Source: a virus
Lineage: Duplodnaviria; Heunggongvirae; Uroviricota; Caudoviricetes
Length of the DNA: 21,239 nucleotides
Strand: one strand, 5' to 3'
Virus record (IMG/VR): IMGVR_UViG_2556921669_000003
Location: 64,001 to 85,239 of that record
Position numbers and translations under genes: made by a program. Positions 1-8,234 of this stretch are shown piece by piece; the stretch's first letter is position 1, and each line of letters begins with the position of its first letter. Under the pieces are notes generated by a model, which did no database searches, was not told where the DNA came from, and saw nothing but the letters and a program-made list of their open reading frames with translations.

Positions 1-1
1 C

Positions 2-70
2 TACTACCGGCTGCTGCTGGATAGCGTCCGCGGCGCGATCGACAACGGTCCGCTGACCATCGCCGCCTAA
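2..70 (+). CDS. 3' end of probable tail sheath protein (P2 FI-like), partial
   Basis: Open frame YYRLLLDSVRGAIDNGPLTIAA* directly upstream of the tube gene. The identity is inferred from synteny only. Confidence 0.65.
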   Translation, partial: YYRLLLDSVRGAIDNGPLTIAA

Positions 71-86
71 GCGCCAGGAGAACTTC

Positions 87-602
87 ATGACCCAGAAACA
101 TCTCCCGCGCTACATCCTGCGCAACTGCATGCTGTGGACGGACGGCAACCTGCAGCTCGGCCAGATCGCCGATGTGTCGCCGCCCGTCCCGACGGTCAAG
201 ACCGAGGAAATGCGCAACGCCGGCATGGCGATGCCCATCCAGGTCCACCTCGGCTACGAGGCGCTGGAGTTCAGCTTCAAGATGCCGGGTTTCGACCCGG
301 CCGTCCTGAAGCTTTTCGGCCTCCAGCCGGGCACCGAGACCCCGTTCATGATCACGGGCGCCACGATCGACGAGGACGGCACGGAACACTCCGCCGTCCT
401 TTCGGTCCGCGGCATGCTCACGGCCGGCGATCCCGGCTCGTGGAAGCCGGGCGACATGGCCGAGAACAACTACACGGTTCAGGTCCGCTACTACAAGCTC
501 GAGATCGACGGCGAGGAGATCTACGAGGCTACCCCGTTCGACTTCAAGGTCGCCGGCGTGAGCCAGTACGCCAAGGTTCGTCGGTCGCTGCTGCTCGACT
601 AA
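87..602 (+). CDS. Major tail tube protein (P2 FII family)
   Basis: 171 aa, AGGAG RBS; motifs TEEMRNAGM, YYKLEIDGEEIYE and the WKPGD segment are typical of FII tubes. Confidence 0.9.
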   Translation: MTQKHLPRYILRNCMLWTDGNLQLGQIADVSPPVPTVKTEEMRNAGMAMPIQVHLGYEALEFSFKMPGFDPAVLKLFGLQPGTETPFMITGATIDEDGTEHSAVLSVRGMLTAGDPGSWKPGDMAENNYTVQVRYYKLEIDGEEIYEATPFDFKVAGVSQYAKVRRSLLLD

Positions 603-614
603 CCGCATCAGAAA

Positions 615-645
615 AAGGCCCGCCGTTGCGCGGGCCTTCCCTTTT
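615..645 (+). terminator. Hairpin / partial intrinsic terminator after the tube gene
   Basis: 9-bp stem AAGGCCCGC/GCGGGCCTT (615-623/630-638) followed by CCCTTTT. Confidence 0.5.
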
Positions 646-661
646 CCAAGAGGAGACGTCC

Positions 662-931
662 ATGTCCACCAAGACCGTCAAGCTTTCCGCCCCCATCGAA
701 GTCAACGGCCAGCAGGTTTCCGAACTGACGTTCCGAGAAGCAGAGGTCGGCGACCTTATGATCAGCGGCCGGTTCAAAGACGAGATGAGCCAGACCATTG
801 CCGTGCTGGCGTCGATCGCCGACGTGCCGCTTCCCGCCTTCCAGAAGATCAAGGCACGCGACCTCAAGGTCATCATGGCTGAGGTGGGAGACCTCATGGG
901 AAACGAAGCGGCGGCGAAGACTGGCGACTGA
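662..931 (+). CDS. Tail assembly chaperone (gpE-like), 89 aa
   Basis: GAGGAG RBS; MSTKTVKLSAPIEVNG...LTFREAEVGDL...IKARDL; lies between tube and tape measure. Confidence 0.85.
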   Translation: MSTKTVKLSAPIEVNGQQVSELTFREAEVGDLMISGRFKDEMSQTIAVLASIADVPLPAFQKIKARDLKVIMAEVGDLMGNEAAAKTGD

Positions 932-1071
932 TCGTCTGCGTCATCGCCGCCGTGCTGCATGAGCCACCGCACATCACGGAGCGGTGGCCGCCCGAAAAGG
1001 CCGTGGCCTATTTCGACAAGGCCATCGAGGTGCGCAACCTCCTGAACGGCCACCATGACGAGGGCGCATAA
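898..1071 (+). CDS. gpE'-like extension of the chaperone, reached by -1 frameshift at GGGAAAC
   Basis: In-phase G GGA AAC at 898-904; the -1 frame reads ...DWRLIVCVIAAVLHEPPHITERWPPEKAVAYFDKAIEVRNLLNGHHDEGA* and its stop overlaps the tape measure ATG. Confidence 0.75.
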   Translation, partial: GKRSGGEDWRLIVCVIAAVLHEPPHITERWPPEKAVAYFDKAIEVRNLLNGHHDEGA

Positions 1072-3245
1072 TGGCCACCCTTTCCTCACAGCTTAAGCTT
1101 ACCGTTCTCGATGGCGTGACTGGGCCGATGCGCCGGATCAACGGCGTCCTGAACGGCTTTCAGCGGCAGCAGACGGCAGCCTTGGCCCCCTTCCGCGGTG
1201 TGGCCGGGCAGTTGCTTGCATTCGGTGGCGCCTATCTTGGCGTCACGAAGGGCATCAGCAGCACGGTCGGCGCCGCGATAGAATTCGAGTCCGCGTTTGC
1301 GGATGTGCGCAAGGTCGTTGACGCCAGCGACGAGCAGTTTGCCAACATGAGCCGCACGATCAAGGCCATGTCCCGCGAACTTCCGATGACGTCGGTGGAG
1401 ATCGCGCAGCTCTTTGCGGCAGCCGGTGAGTCTGACATTCCGGTTGAAGAGCTTAAGTCCTTCGCCGAGATGGCGTCGCGGGTAGGCATTGCCTTCGACA
1501 TGTCGGCCGGTGAAGCCGGCGAAAGCCTGGCGAAGCTGAAGTCCCAGCTTGGGCTGTCTGTTGGTGAGACCGGTGACATGGCGGATGCCATCAACCACCT
1601 CAGCAACAACATGGCATCCAAGGCCAAGGACATCACGGCCTATATGCTCCGCGTGGGCAAGCTTGCCGAGATGGGCGGCCTGGCGAAGGAGCAGGTTGCT
1701 GCTATCGGCTCGGCGATGATCTCCGCCGGCGCTGAAGCCGAGACGGCCGGCACGGCGATGCAGAACGTCGTCAGGGCCATGACCCGCGGCGCGTCAGCCA
1801 AGAAGTCTCAGCGTGATGCCGCCAAGGCGCTCGGTCTCGATCTCCCGGCGCTTGCCAAGCAGATGCAGAAGGATGCGCCCGGCGCCATCAAGAAGGTGCT
1901 CGGTGCTATTGCGAAGGCGCCGAAGGATCGGCACATCTCGCTGATTTCCGACTTCTTCGGCGATGAGGCAAAGGCATTTGCGCCGCTGATCGGTAATATC
2001 GGTCTGCTCGACAAGGCGCTCGACGCTGTAGCGAACAAGACGAACTATTCCGGATCGGCTTTCCGGGAGTATGTAGAGCGCGCCAACACCACCGCCAACG
2101 CGCTGCAGATCCTCCGCAACAAGATCGCCTATGTCTTCGAGGACATGGGGGAGGCGTGGCTACCAACGATCAAGGAGGGCGTTGCTGCAATCGGCGGCGT
2201 GCTCGACACACTCGGCGAGCGGGCCGGTGTCTTTGACAAGCTTGGCGTGGGGCTCAAGGGCTTCATGCATGGCCTCGGCTATAACGGCGGCGTCAAGGAG
2301 GCCATTGAAGGTCTCGGCGACCTGCTGTTTGGCGAAGTGGATGGCGAAGGCGCGGCCGACAAGCTGGGCCGGATCTTCAAGCAGTTTGAGGGTTATGGGC
2401 AGTCGGTGCGCGAGTTCAGCGCGGCAATCCGTGACAACCCGGTGGCTCAGTTCCTCGGCGAGATCGGTGCGCAGGGCTTCAAGCTCATGGCGGCTTCGGT
2501 CGGCATAGCCCTGGTGGCGGGGGCCGTCATGAAGCTGGCGAGGGCGGTTGCGTTCCTGACCGGCATCACAACGGCGATCGGGCTGCTGAAGACGTTCGGG
2601 AAGATTGGTGGGATTCTTGGTGGCGCCGCAGGCTTCCCCGGTCTCGGCGGCGGCAAGCCTGGCGCTACGACGGGCGGTACGCCGGCTGGAAACGCGCCAG
2701 CCGTCGGCTGGTGGTCTCGTGTCGGAACCTGGTTCAAAGGACTCGGGATGGGTGCCGCGATCGGCTCCGTTCCGCAGATCTTGTCCGACACGCCGGGCGA
2801 CACCTTTGAAAAGCAGGTCGAGAATCAGGCAAAAGCCAAGGAGGGGCTGCGCAATCTTCTCGGGTTAAACTCCGACGAACAGGGCGTGCCCGGTTGGAAG
2901 CGCTTCCTGTTCGGCGCCGCTGCCGACCCGAATTTCGACTCCCGCCAACACTTCGGCATTCAGACGAAAGCGGGCGACGACACTAGCGGCTCTCCTCGCA
3001 CGACGGGGGAGATGCTGGCTGGTCTAGACAAGCCCGTCACCCTGGACTCCGCAACCATTAGCCAGATTGTGAATCCGCGAGGGGTTCAGGACGTTCGTGT
3101 AACCAACAAGGAGCGGCCGAACATCACGGTCCACGCCCCTGTTACTATCACCAACATCTCGTCTCCGCAGGAAGCCGTTGATGCGGCTGCGTCACGACTC
3201 GGTCAGCGCATCAAGGCTGAAATCGAGGCGGCGGACACGGATTAA
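1071..3245 (+). CDS. Tail tape measure protein (TP901-type core), 724 aa
   Basis: AIEFESAFADVRKVVD motif, Ala/Gly-rich helical composition, position after the chaperone. Confidence 0.93.
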   Translation: MATLSSQLKLTVLDGVTGPMRRINGVLNGFQRQQTAALAPFRGVAGQLLAFGGAYLGVTKGISSTVGAAIEFESAFADVRKVVDASDEQFANMSRTIKAMSRELPMTSVEIAQLFAAAGESDIPVEELKSFAEMASRVGIAFDMSAGEAGESLAKLKSQLGLSVGETGDMADAINHLSNNMASKAKDITAYMLRVGKLAEMGGLAKEQVAAIGSAMISAGAEAETAGTAMQNVVRAMTRGASAKKSQRDAAKALGLDLPALAKQMQKDAPGAIKKVLGAIAKAPKDRHISLISDFFGDEAKAFAPLIGNIGLLDKALDAVANKTNYSGSAFREYVERANTTANALQILRNKIAYVFEDMGEAWLPTIKEGVAAIGGVLDTLGERAGVFDKLGVGLKGFMHGLGYNGGVKEAIEGLGDLLFGEVDGEGAADKLGRIFKQFEGYGQSVREFSAAIRDNPVAQFLGEIGAQGFKLMAASVGIALVAGAVMKLARAVAFLTGITTAIGLLKTFGKIGGILGGAAGFPGLGGGKPGATTGGTPAGNAPAVGWWSRVGTWFKGLGMGAAIGSVPQILSDTPGDTFEKQVENQAKAKEGLRNLLGLNSDEQGVPGWKRFLFGAAADPNFDSRQHFGIQTKAGDDTSGSPRTTGEMLAGLDKPVTLDSATISQIVNPRGVQDVRVTNKERPNITVHAPVTITNISSPQEAVDAAASRLGQRIKAEIEAADTD

Positions 3246-3562
3246 CGGCTTGCGTAGTCGTTGGCGGTCTGCATCGCGATCATAAAGAAGCTGTCGCCAG
3301 TTGCGTAACGGCAATTGGCGACAATGCTCTTGTCAAAGCGCGAAAGCTTATCCTCATCGACTTTGAAGTCGCCGCGCCAATTCCCCATGTAATATGCCCC
3401 ATATGTGAAGCCGATAGCCTGGTAGAATGCCGTGGTTTTCTCACTCGCAGTGAGATCGGCAAGGTACTGGCCGCAGGTGTATGGTGGAGGGGATTGCGCT
3501 TCAGCGTTGTGCCACGATAGAATGGCGAGCAATGTCACCGTTCCAAGGACTAGATTCCTCAT
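3242..3562 (-). CDS. Small secreted protein, 106 aa, two Cys, weakly HdeA/HdeB-like
   Basis: GGGAGG RBS before ATG 3562; signal peptide ending AEA|Q; TCGQYL...VANCR cysteine pair. The fold call is tentative. Confidence 0.6.
   Translation of the reverse strand: MRNLVLGTVTLLAILSWHNAEAQSPPPYTCGQYLADLTASEKTTAFYQAIGFTYGAYYMGNWRGDFKVDEDKLSRFDKSIVANCRYATGDSFFMIAMQTANDYASR
3494..3523 (+). promoter_or_regulatory. Candidate sigma70 promoter for the nuclease gene, inside the antisense gene
   Basis: TTGCGC-N18-TAGAAT. Confidence 0.35.
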
Positions 3563-4068
3563 TGTTTCGTCGCCTCCCCGCACTCGTAGCGTGCATCATC
3601 ATCTTAGCCGGATTTCCGGCCTCCGCTCAAGAGGTTCGCGGCCGCGCATCCGTCGTCGACGGTGACACGATCGAAATCTCTGGCGAGCGCATCCGCTTCA
3701 ACGGCATCGATGCACCGGAAAGCTGGCAGCGCTGTAAGGACGCGGCCGGCAAGGAATACCGGTGCGGGAAGGAAGCGGCCTTTGCGCTCGGCGAGTGGCT
3801 TGCCGCATCTAGGCCGACGCGCTGTGAGTTTGTCGAGCGAGATCGCTACGGGCGGATGGTGGCTAATTGCTTCCGCGCCGATGGTGCGTCCGTAGCCGAT
3901 TGGCTAGTCCGCAATGGATGGGCGCTGGACTGGCCGCGGTACAGCGATGGCGAGTTTGCGGATGCGCAGGAAGAGGCGCGTGGCGCGAAGCGTGGTGTGT
4001 GGCGCGGGACGTTTGAACAGCCTTGCGAGGCGAGGGCGAAACGGGCCAAACGCACTCCTAGCTGCTAA
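3562..4068 (+). CDS. Secreted thermonuclease (SNase family)
   Basis: VVDGDT, RFNGIDAPE, DRYGR and LVRNGWA motifs. TTG 3562 (AAGGA upstream) gives a clean signal peptide ending ASA|Q; alternative start ATG 3532. Confidence 0.88.
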   Translation: MFRRLPALVACIIILAGFPASAQEVRGRASVVDGDTIEISGERIRFNGIDAPESWQRCKDAAGKEYRCGKEAAFALGEWLAASRPTRCEFVERDRYGRMVANCFRADGASVADWLVRNGWALDWPRYSDGEFADAQEEARGAKRGVWRGTFEQPCEARAKRAKRTPSC

Positions 4069-4095
4069 CCGCATCACACCCACCTCCACCACAGA

Positions 4096-4120
4096 GCCTG
4101 CCAGCTACCAACTGGCGGGC
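4096..4120 (+). promoter_or_regulatory. Leader hairpin with CTACCAA loop (copy of a recurring element)
   Basis: Stem GCCTGCCAG/CTGGCGGGC; near-identical to the hairpin at 15432-15454. Confidence 0.55.
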
Positions 4121-4152
4121 CGCACCCATTTGTCACAACGGCAGGAGCCCCA

Positions 4153-4599
4153 ATGTCCGGACCAACACCAATGGCGCTCGGGGCTTTCGCCTTCGAGGCG
4201 CATGGCTTCGGCTTCCAGGGCCTTCAGCGTCGTGTCCAGACGCCGTGGGCCGATGTCGCCGTCGCGCAAACACTGAACCAGCAACAGTGGACCGGCCCGA
4301 CTTCTGAGGAAGTCACGATCAACGGCGTCGTCTTCCAAGTGGAGTTCGGCGGGCAGGGGTCGCTGGATGGCATCATTGCCGCGGCCAACGCTGGCGTGCC
4401 GCTCATGCTGGTATCGGGCAGCGAGGATGAAGGCATCATCCACGGCATGTTCACGATTCAGTCCGTCTCGGAGGACCGCAGCTTCATCACCGGAAGCGGA
4501 ACGGCTGGCAAGAACGCCTATTCGATCGTGCTGAAGCGGTATTCCGGCGTTGCGCCGGGTGGCTCGCTGTTTAAGCCGATCTTCGATCTGTTCGGGTAA
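4153..4599 (+). CDS. Tail protein, P2 gpU family
   Basis: MALGAFAF...QQWTGPTSEEVTINGV...LMLVSG; synteny. Confidence 0.88.
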   Translation: MSGPTPMALGAFAFEAHGFGFQGLQRRVQTPWADVAVAQTLNQQQWTGPTSEEVTINGVVFQVEFGGQGSLDGIIAAANAGVPLMLVSGSEDEGIIHGMFTIQSVSEDRSFITGSGTAGKNAYSIVLKRYSGVAPGGSLFKPIFDLFG

Positions 4600-4603
4600 T
4601 GCC

Positions 4604-4816
4604 ATGCCGACAACGTACACCACCAAGCAAGGGCAGACGGTCGATCTCGTCTGCCTGGATCACTATGGCCGCACCGCCGAGGTGACGGAGGCTGTGCTCG
4701 ACGCCAATCCCGGCCTTGCAGCGCGAGGCCCGGTTCTGCCGATGGGCACCGCTATTGTGATGCCCGATATCGCGAAGAAGACGACGGCGACGAAGCTCGT
4801 CAGTCTCTGGGATTAA
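4604..4816 (+). CDS. Tail protein X (P2 gpX family), 70 aa
   Basis: TKQGQTVDLVCLDHYG...VLDANPGLA...LWD signature. Confidence 0.9.
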   Translation: MPTTYTTKQGQTVDLVCLDHYGRTAEVTEAVLDANPGLAARGPVLPMGTAIVMPDIAKKTTATKLVSLWD

Positions 4817-4837
4817 CCCCCACTAGCGGGGAGAGCT

Positions 4838-5980
4838 ATGAACCCCCAAGTCCAAATCACGGTCGACGGCAACCCTGTTGCCGGCGGCTTCTACGAACGC
4901 CTTGTCTCCATTTCGGTGACGGATAAGGAGGGCCTGGCATCCGACACGTTCCAAATGGAGCTCAACGACGGTCCGCCCCAGTTCCTGGCCCTGCCGCGCA
5001 AGGGCGCCATCGTCGACATTCGCATAGGCTACGGCGCGGCTCGCAGCCTGGGCACCTACGTCGTCGACAAGGTCAGCGCCAAGTGCCTGCCGTACTCGCT
5101 CTCCATTTCCGGCAAGGCCCGCGATATGCGGGATAGCAAGGCGAAGGAGCGCAAGGAACGGCACTGGGACAAGAAGAAGGTCAAGGACATCGTGTCCGAC
5201 CTTGCCGGCGACATGGGCCTGTCCGCTTCCGTGGATAGCGAGATCGGCGAGCACGAATATGAGTGGTTCGGCCAGCAGGACGAAACCCCCATTCACGTCC
5301 TTCGCCGCTTGGCCGAGCGCCACAACGGTCTCTTTAAGGTCAAGGACGGGCGGTTGGTTTTCTCCAAGCGCGGATCCGGCAACGCGGCTTCCGGCTCGTT
5401 CATGGGTTCAGTTGTCGTCACGCCGCCGCGGGTCATTCAGGGCACCTGCACCTTCGAGGCGAACGACCGGACCAAATACAAGAAGGTTGTCTCGTACTAC
5501 GAGGACAAGGACAAGGCGAAGCGCGTCGAAGTCGAGGCGGACAGCGATGCCGACGGAGACAGCGTCTATCGCATTGCCGAGCCTTACGCCGACGCGGCAG
5601 AGGCCGACAAGGCCGCCCAATCCAAGGCGAAAGACCTGAAGCGCGGCGAGGGTGCGGCGTCCGTCACAGTCATCGGTGACACTGCGATCGTCGCCGGCGC
5701 ACCGCTGTTGTTCGAGGGTGTGCGGCCCGGCCTGGATGGCGTGCCTTATATCATCGACACGGCGACGCACACCTACAACAAGAAAGACGGCTACCGCACG
5801 GCCATCAGCGCCAAGCTCTACGACGGCAAGTCGGGTGGCAGCAAAAAGGGCGGCGGGAGCGAGAGTACGAGCGGCGGCGCCACTGAAGACAAGGTCGCGG
5901 ACAACGCGCCCGACGGGACGCCTGCCACGCCGGCCGAGTGGACGAACACGCGCCGCTATGGGCGGACGGATGAGAATTAG
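4838..5980 (+). CDS. Late control / baseplate hub protein (P2 gpD family)
   Basis: VTDKEGLASDTFQMELND, QQDETPIHVLRRLAERH and VKDGRLVF motifs. Confidence 0.88.
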   Translation: MNPQVQITVDGNPVAGGFYERLVSISVTDKEGLASDTFQMELNDGPPQFLALPRKGAIVDIRIGYGAARSLGTYVVDKVSAKCLPYSLSISGKARDMRDSKAKERKERHWDKKKVKDIVSDLAGDMGLSASVDSEIGEHEYEWFGQQDETPIHVLRRLAERHNGLFKVKDGRLVFSKRGSGNAASGSFMGSVVVTPPRVIQGTCTFEANDRTKYKKVVSYYEDKDKAKRVEVEADSDADGDSVYRIAEPYADAAEADKAAQSKAKDLKRGEGAASVTVIGDTAIVAGAPLLFEGVRPGLDGVPYIIDTATHTYNKKDGYRTAISAKLYDGKSGGSKKGGGSESTSGGATEDKVADNAPDGTPATPAEWTNTRRYGRTDEN

Positions 5981-6270
5981 TCGTAGCGACCCACTGCTGC
6001 CTTCAGCGCATATTCCATCTCGTCGATATAATTCAGGGCTGAATCCTTGAGTGCGGCGTCGCTTTTCACCCCACTGATGCTGAAGAGGTACTGACGAACA
6101 CCCTTGGCAGCCGAGCTGACCGCCTCTCGCATCGGATCATCCATCAGGATCTGATGCTGCATGTTCACAAGGTCGGCTTCGATGTTCTGGGCTCTCACCC
6201 TCGCATCAATTGCAGTCGCGGTGTTCACATAATGCCGCCACGCTTTCGAGTAGCCACCATCTCCGGCCAT
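5977..6270 (-). CDS. Hypothetical protein, ~97 aa (alternative start 6282)
   Basis: Open frame antisense to the late operon; GGGGGA before ATG 6270; stop overlaps the gpD stop. Confidence 0.55.
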   Translation of the reverse strand: MAGDGGYSKAWRHYVNTATAIDARVRAQNIEADLVNMQHQILMDDPMREAVSSAAKGVRQYLFSISGVKSDAALKDSALNYIDEMEYALKAAVGRYD

Positions 6271-6292
6271 TTGTTCCCCCATAGGTGTATCA

Positions 6293-6496
6293 ATGAAGCA
6301 AGCACACGCACAGTATTTTCACGACATTGCACGTGCCGAGGTCAAGGTAATTGTCGACGAAAAGCGCAGCTATGACACGCTCAATATTCAGCTCGTCCAC
6401 GATGATGGCTCCAGATCGAATATAGCGGTCTTCTTTACGGGCGCCGCCAATATTCATGGTGCCGAAATGACCGACGTCATCAGGGCCGACGCGTAG
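6293..6496 (+). CDS. Hypothetical protein, 67 aa
   Basis: AGGTG RBS; fills the gap before the endolysin. Confidence 0.5.
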   Translation: MKQAHAQYFHDIARAEVKVIVDEKRSYDTLNIQLVHDDGSRSNIAVFFTGAANIHGAEMTDVIRADA

Positions 6497-6545
6497 TCGT
6501 CCCCCGTCCCAGGACCGCGGACACCCAATCCCAAAAGGAAAAATC

Positions 6546-7286
6546 ATGGACCGTAGCAAGCTTTACGCTTCGCTGCGCACGTCGCTGTTCAAGGGCGGCG
6601 TGTCGCAGACTCAGGTGAACGGCATCGAGGGAATCCTTGACGCGTTCGCCACCCACGGCGACGGCAAACCGGACACGCTGGCCTATGCGCTGGCGACGGC
6701 CTACCACGAGACCGGCACCCGCATGGTTCCGGTGCGCGAAGGCTTTGCCTCGACCGACGCTGGCGCTCGCGCCGCCGTCAACAAGCTCGCCGTGAAGCGC
6801 GGCCCGAAGAGCGCCGTGGCGAAATACGCCAAGCCGGCCGGACCGTACAACCACGTCTACTATGGGCGCGGGCAGGTGCAGCTCACCTGGCTGGAGAACT
6901 ATGAGAAGTCCAGCAAGGACGCGGGCGTTGATCTCGTCAAGGACCCGGACAAGATGCTCGATCCCGTTGTGTCGGCGCGCGTCCTGATAAAGGGACTGCT
7001 CGACGGTCGCTGGAATGGCGCAGGGAAGGGGCTTCGCTACTACCTCGACAAGGGCGACGTTGTGCAGGCACGCCGCACCGTGAACGTGGTAGACAAGGCC
7101 GAGACCATCGCGGGCTATCACCGCACCTTCCTGGCCGCGGTCAATGCGGCCGGTGGCGTGCCCACCAACACGCCAACTCCGCAACCCAAGCCCGAATCCC
7201 CGCCGAGCGCCACCCCGACGCCCAAAGCCGGCTGGGGCGAAGTGCTGGTTGCGCTGTTCGTGGCGATCTTTGGAGGCAAGAAATGA
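6546..7286 (+). CDS. Endolysin, glycoside hydrolase family 19 / lysozyme-like
   Basis: LAYALATAYHET and YYGRGQVQLTWLENY motifs; AAGGA RBS; first gene of the lysis cassette. Confidence 0.85.
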   Translation: MDRSKLYASLRTSLFKGGVSQTQVNGIEGILDAFATHGDGKPDTLAYALATAYHETGTRMVPVREGFASTDAGARAAVNKLAVKRGPKSAVAKYAKPAGPYNHVYYGRGQVQLTWLENYEKSSKDAGVDLVKDPDKMLDPVVSARVLIKGLLDGRWNGAGKGLRYYLDKGDVVQARRTVNVVDKAETIAGYHRTFLAAVNAAGGVPTNTPTPQPKPESPPSATPTPKAGWGEVLVALFVAIFGGKK

Positions 7287-7474
7287 CCGCTGTTATCGCA
7301 CGCATTCTCCTGCGCTACGCCGCGGCCGCTCTGGTGACGGCCGGCCTGCTGGATTCGGATATCGCCCTCCAGATCGGCGCTGACCCGGACCTGTTGGCGC
7401 TGCTTGGCGCCGGCCTCGGCATTGGCGTCGAGATGGCCTACACCGCGGCCAAGAAGCTCGGCTGGGCAACGTGA
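7283..7474 (+). CDS. Putative holin, 63 aa, two hydrophobic helices
   Basis: ATGA-coupled to the endolysin; IARILLRYAAAALV and basic C-terminus. Confidence 0.6.
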   Translation: MTAVIARILLRYAAAALVTAGLLDSDIALQIGADPDLLALLGAGLGIGVEMAYTAAKKLGWAT

Positions 7475-7884
7475 TCCTGCAGTGGATCCTCAAGTGGGTG
7501 GGTGGCGATCTCGCCACCGCACTGACCCGCGCCTACGAGCTTAAGCTGCGGGCCGCCAACGACGCCGACCGCATCAAGGCCGATGTCTCCATCAAGGCCC
7601 TCGAGGCCCAGATGGAGGCGCAGGCTGCCAGCGCTGCCGTTGTGCGCGAGGGCATGCAGCACAAGGCGTTCTGGGTGCCCTGGCTCATCGCGGCCGTACC
7701 GTGCTCGCTGTGGTTTGCTCTGGGCATGTTGGATTCCGCCACGGGCGGCAGCTTGCCGGATGTTGCGGCGTTGCCGCCGCAGCTTAAGGAATATGCGGAC
7801 ATCGTGTTCGCGAACATCTTTTATGTGGGTGGTGGCGTTGCCGGTGCCCAGTTGATCGCGAAAGCGATAGGGGGCAGGAAGTGA
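7471..7884 (+). CDS. Lysis-cassette membrane protein (3TM-holin-like), 137 aa
   Basis: GTGA coupling; amphipathic N-terminus, coiled segment and two C-terminal hydrophobic stretches. Confidence 0.55.
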   Translation: MILQWILKWVGGDLATALTRAYELKLRAANDADRIKADVSIKALEAQMEAQAASAAVVREGMQHKAFWVPWLIAAVPCSLWFALGMLDSATGGSLPDVAALPPQLKEYADIVFANIFYVGGGVAGAQLIAKAIGGRK

Positions 7885-8234
7885 CAGCAGAACTATGGGC
7901 GCAACTTGTCGGCGGAATCGGCTTCTTCATCCTTGTTTCCGGCACGCTTTGGGGTATCTGGTGGAGGATCGAAGGTAAGGTCGACAAGGCGAAGGCGGAG
8001 GTTTCAACCGTGGCGTCTTCGGCCAGCGCCCTTGCATCGCTCGCACGGCAAGAGCTCGCCGAGCACCGCTTGCACGTTGCAGAGACCTACATCACCAAAC
8101 AGGGTATGCGCGAGACGACCGAGCAGATCATGGAAGCGATCCACGGAGTGAAAACCGCTGTGGACCACATGACGTTGCGCGTCGACCGTATCGTTGAGAA
8201 CCAGGCCAAGCCGCGCACGACGCGGGCGGGTTGA
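7881..8234 (+). CDS. Membrane-anchored coiled-coil protein, 117 aa
   Basis: N-terminal TM followed by heptad-like helix; coupled to the previous gene. Confidence 0.65.
   Translation: MTAELWAQLVGGIGFFILVSGTLWGIWWRIEGKVDKAKAEVSTVASSASALASLARQELAEHRLHVAETYITKQGMRETTEQIMEAIHGVKTAVDHMTLRVDRIVENQAKPRTTRAG

Noticed and set aside
134-661. 5' part of the 265-aa ORF 134..931
   Set aside because: Alternative frame over the tube gene; the real start is ATG 662 with a GAGGAG RBS.
7552-7563. AAND in the holin-like protein, and AND in gpD and other ORFs, as SsrA mimics
   Set aside because: They lack the second Asn and sit inside structured regions; likely chance.
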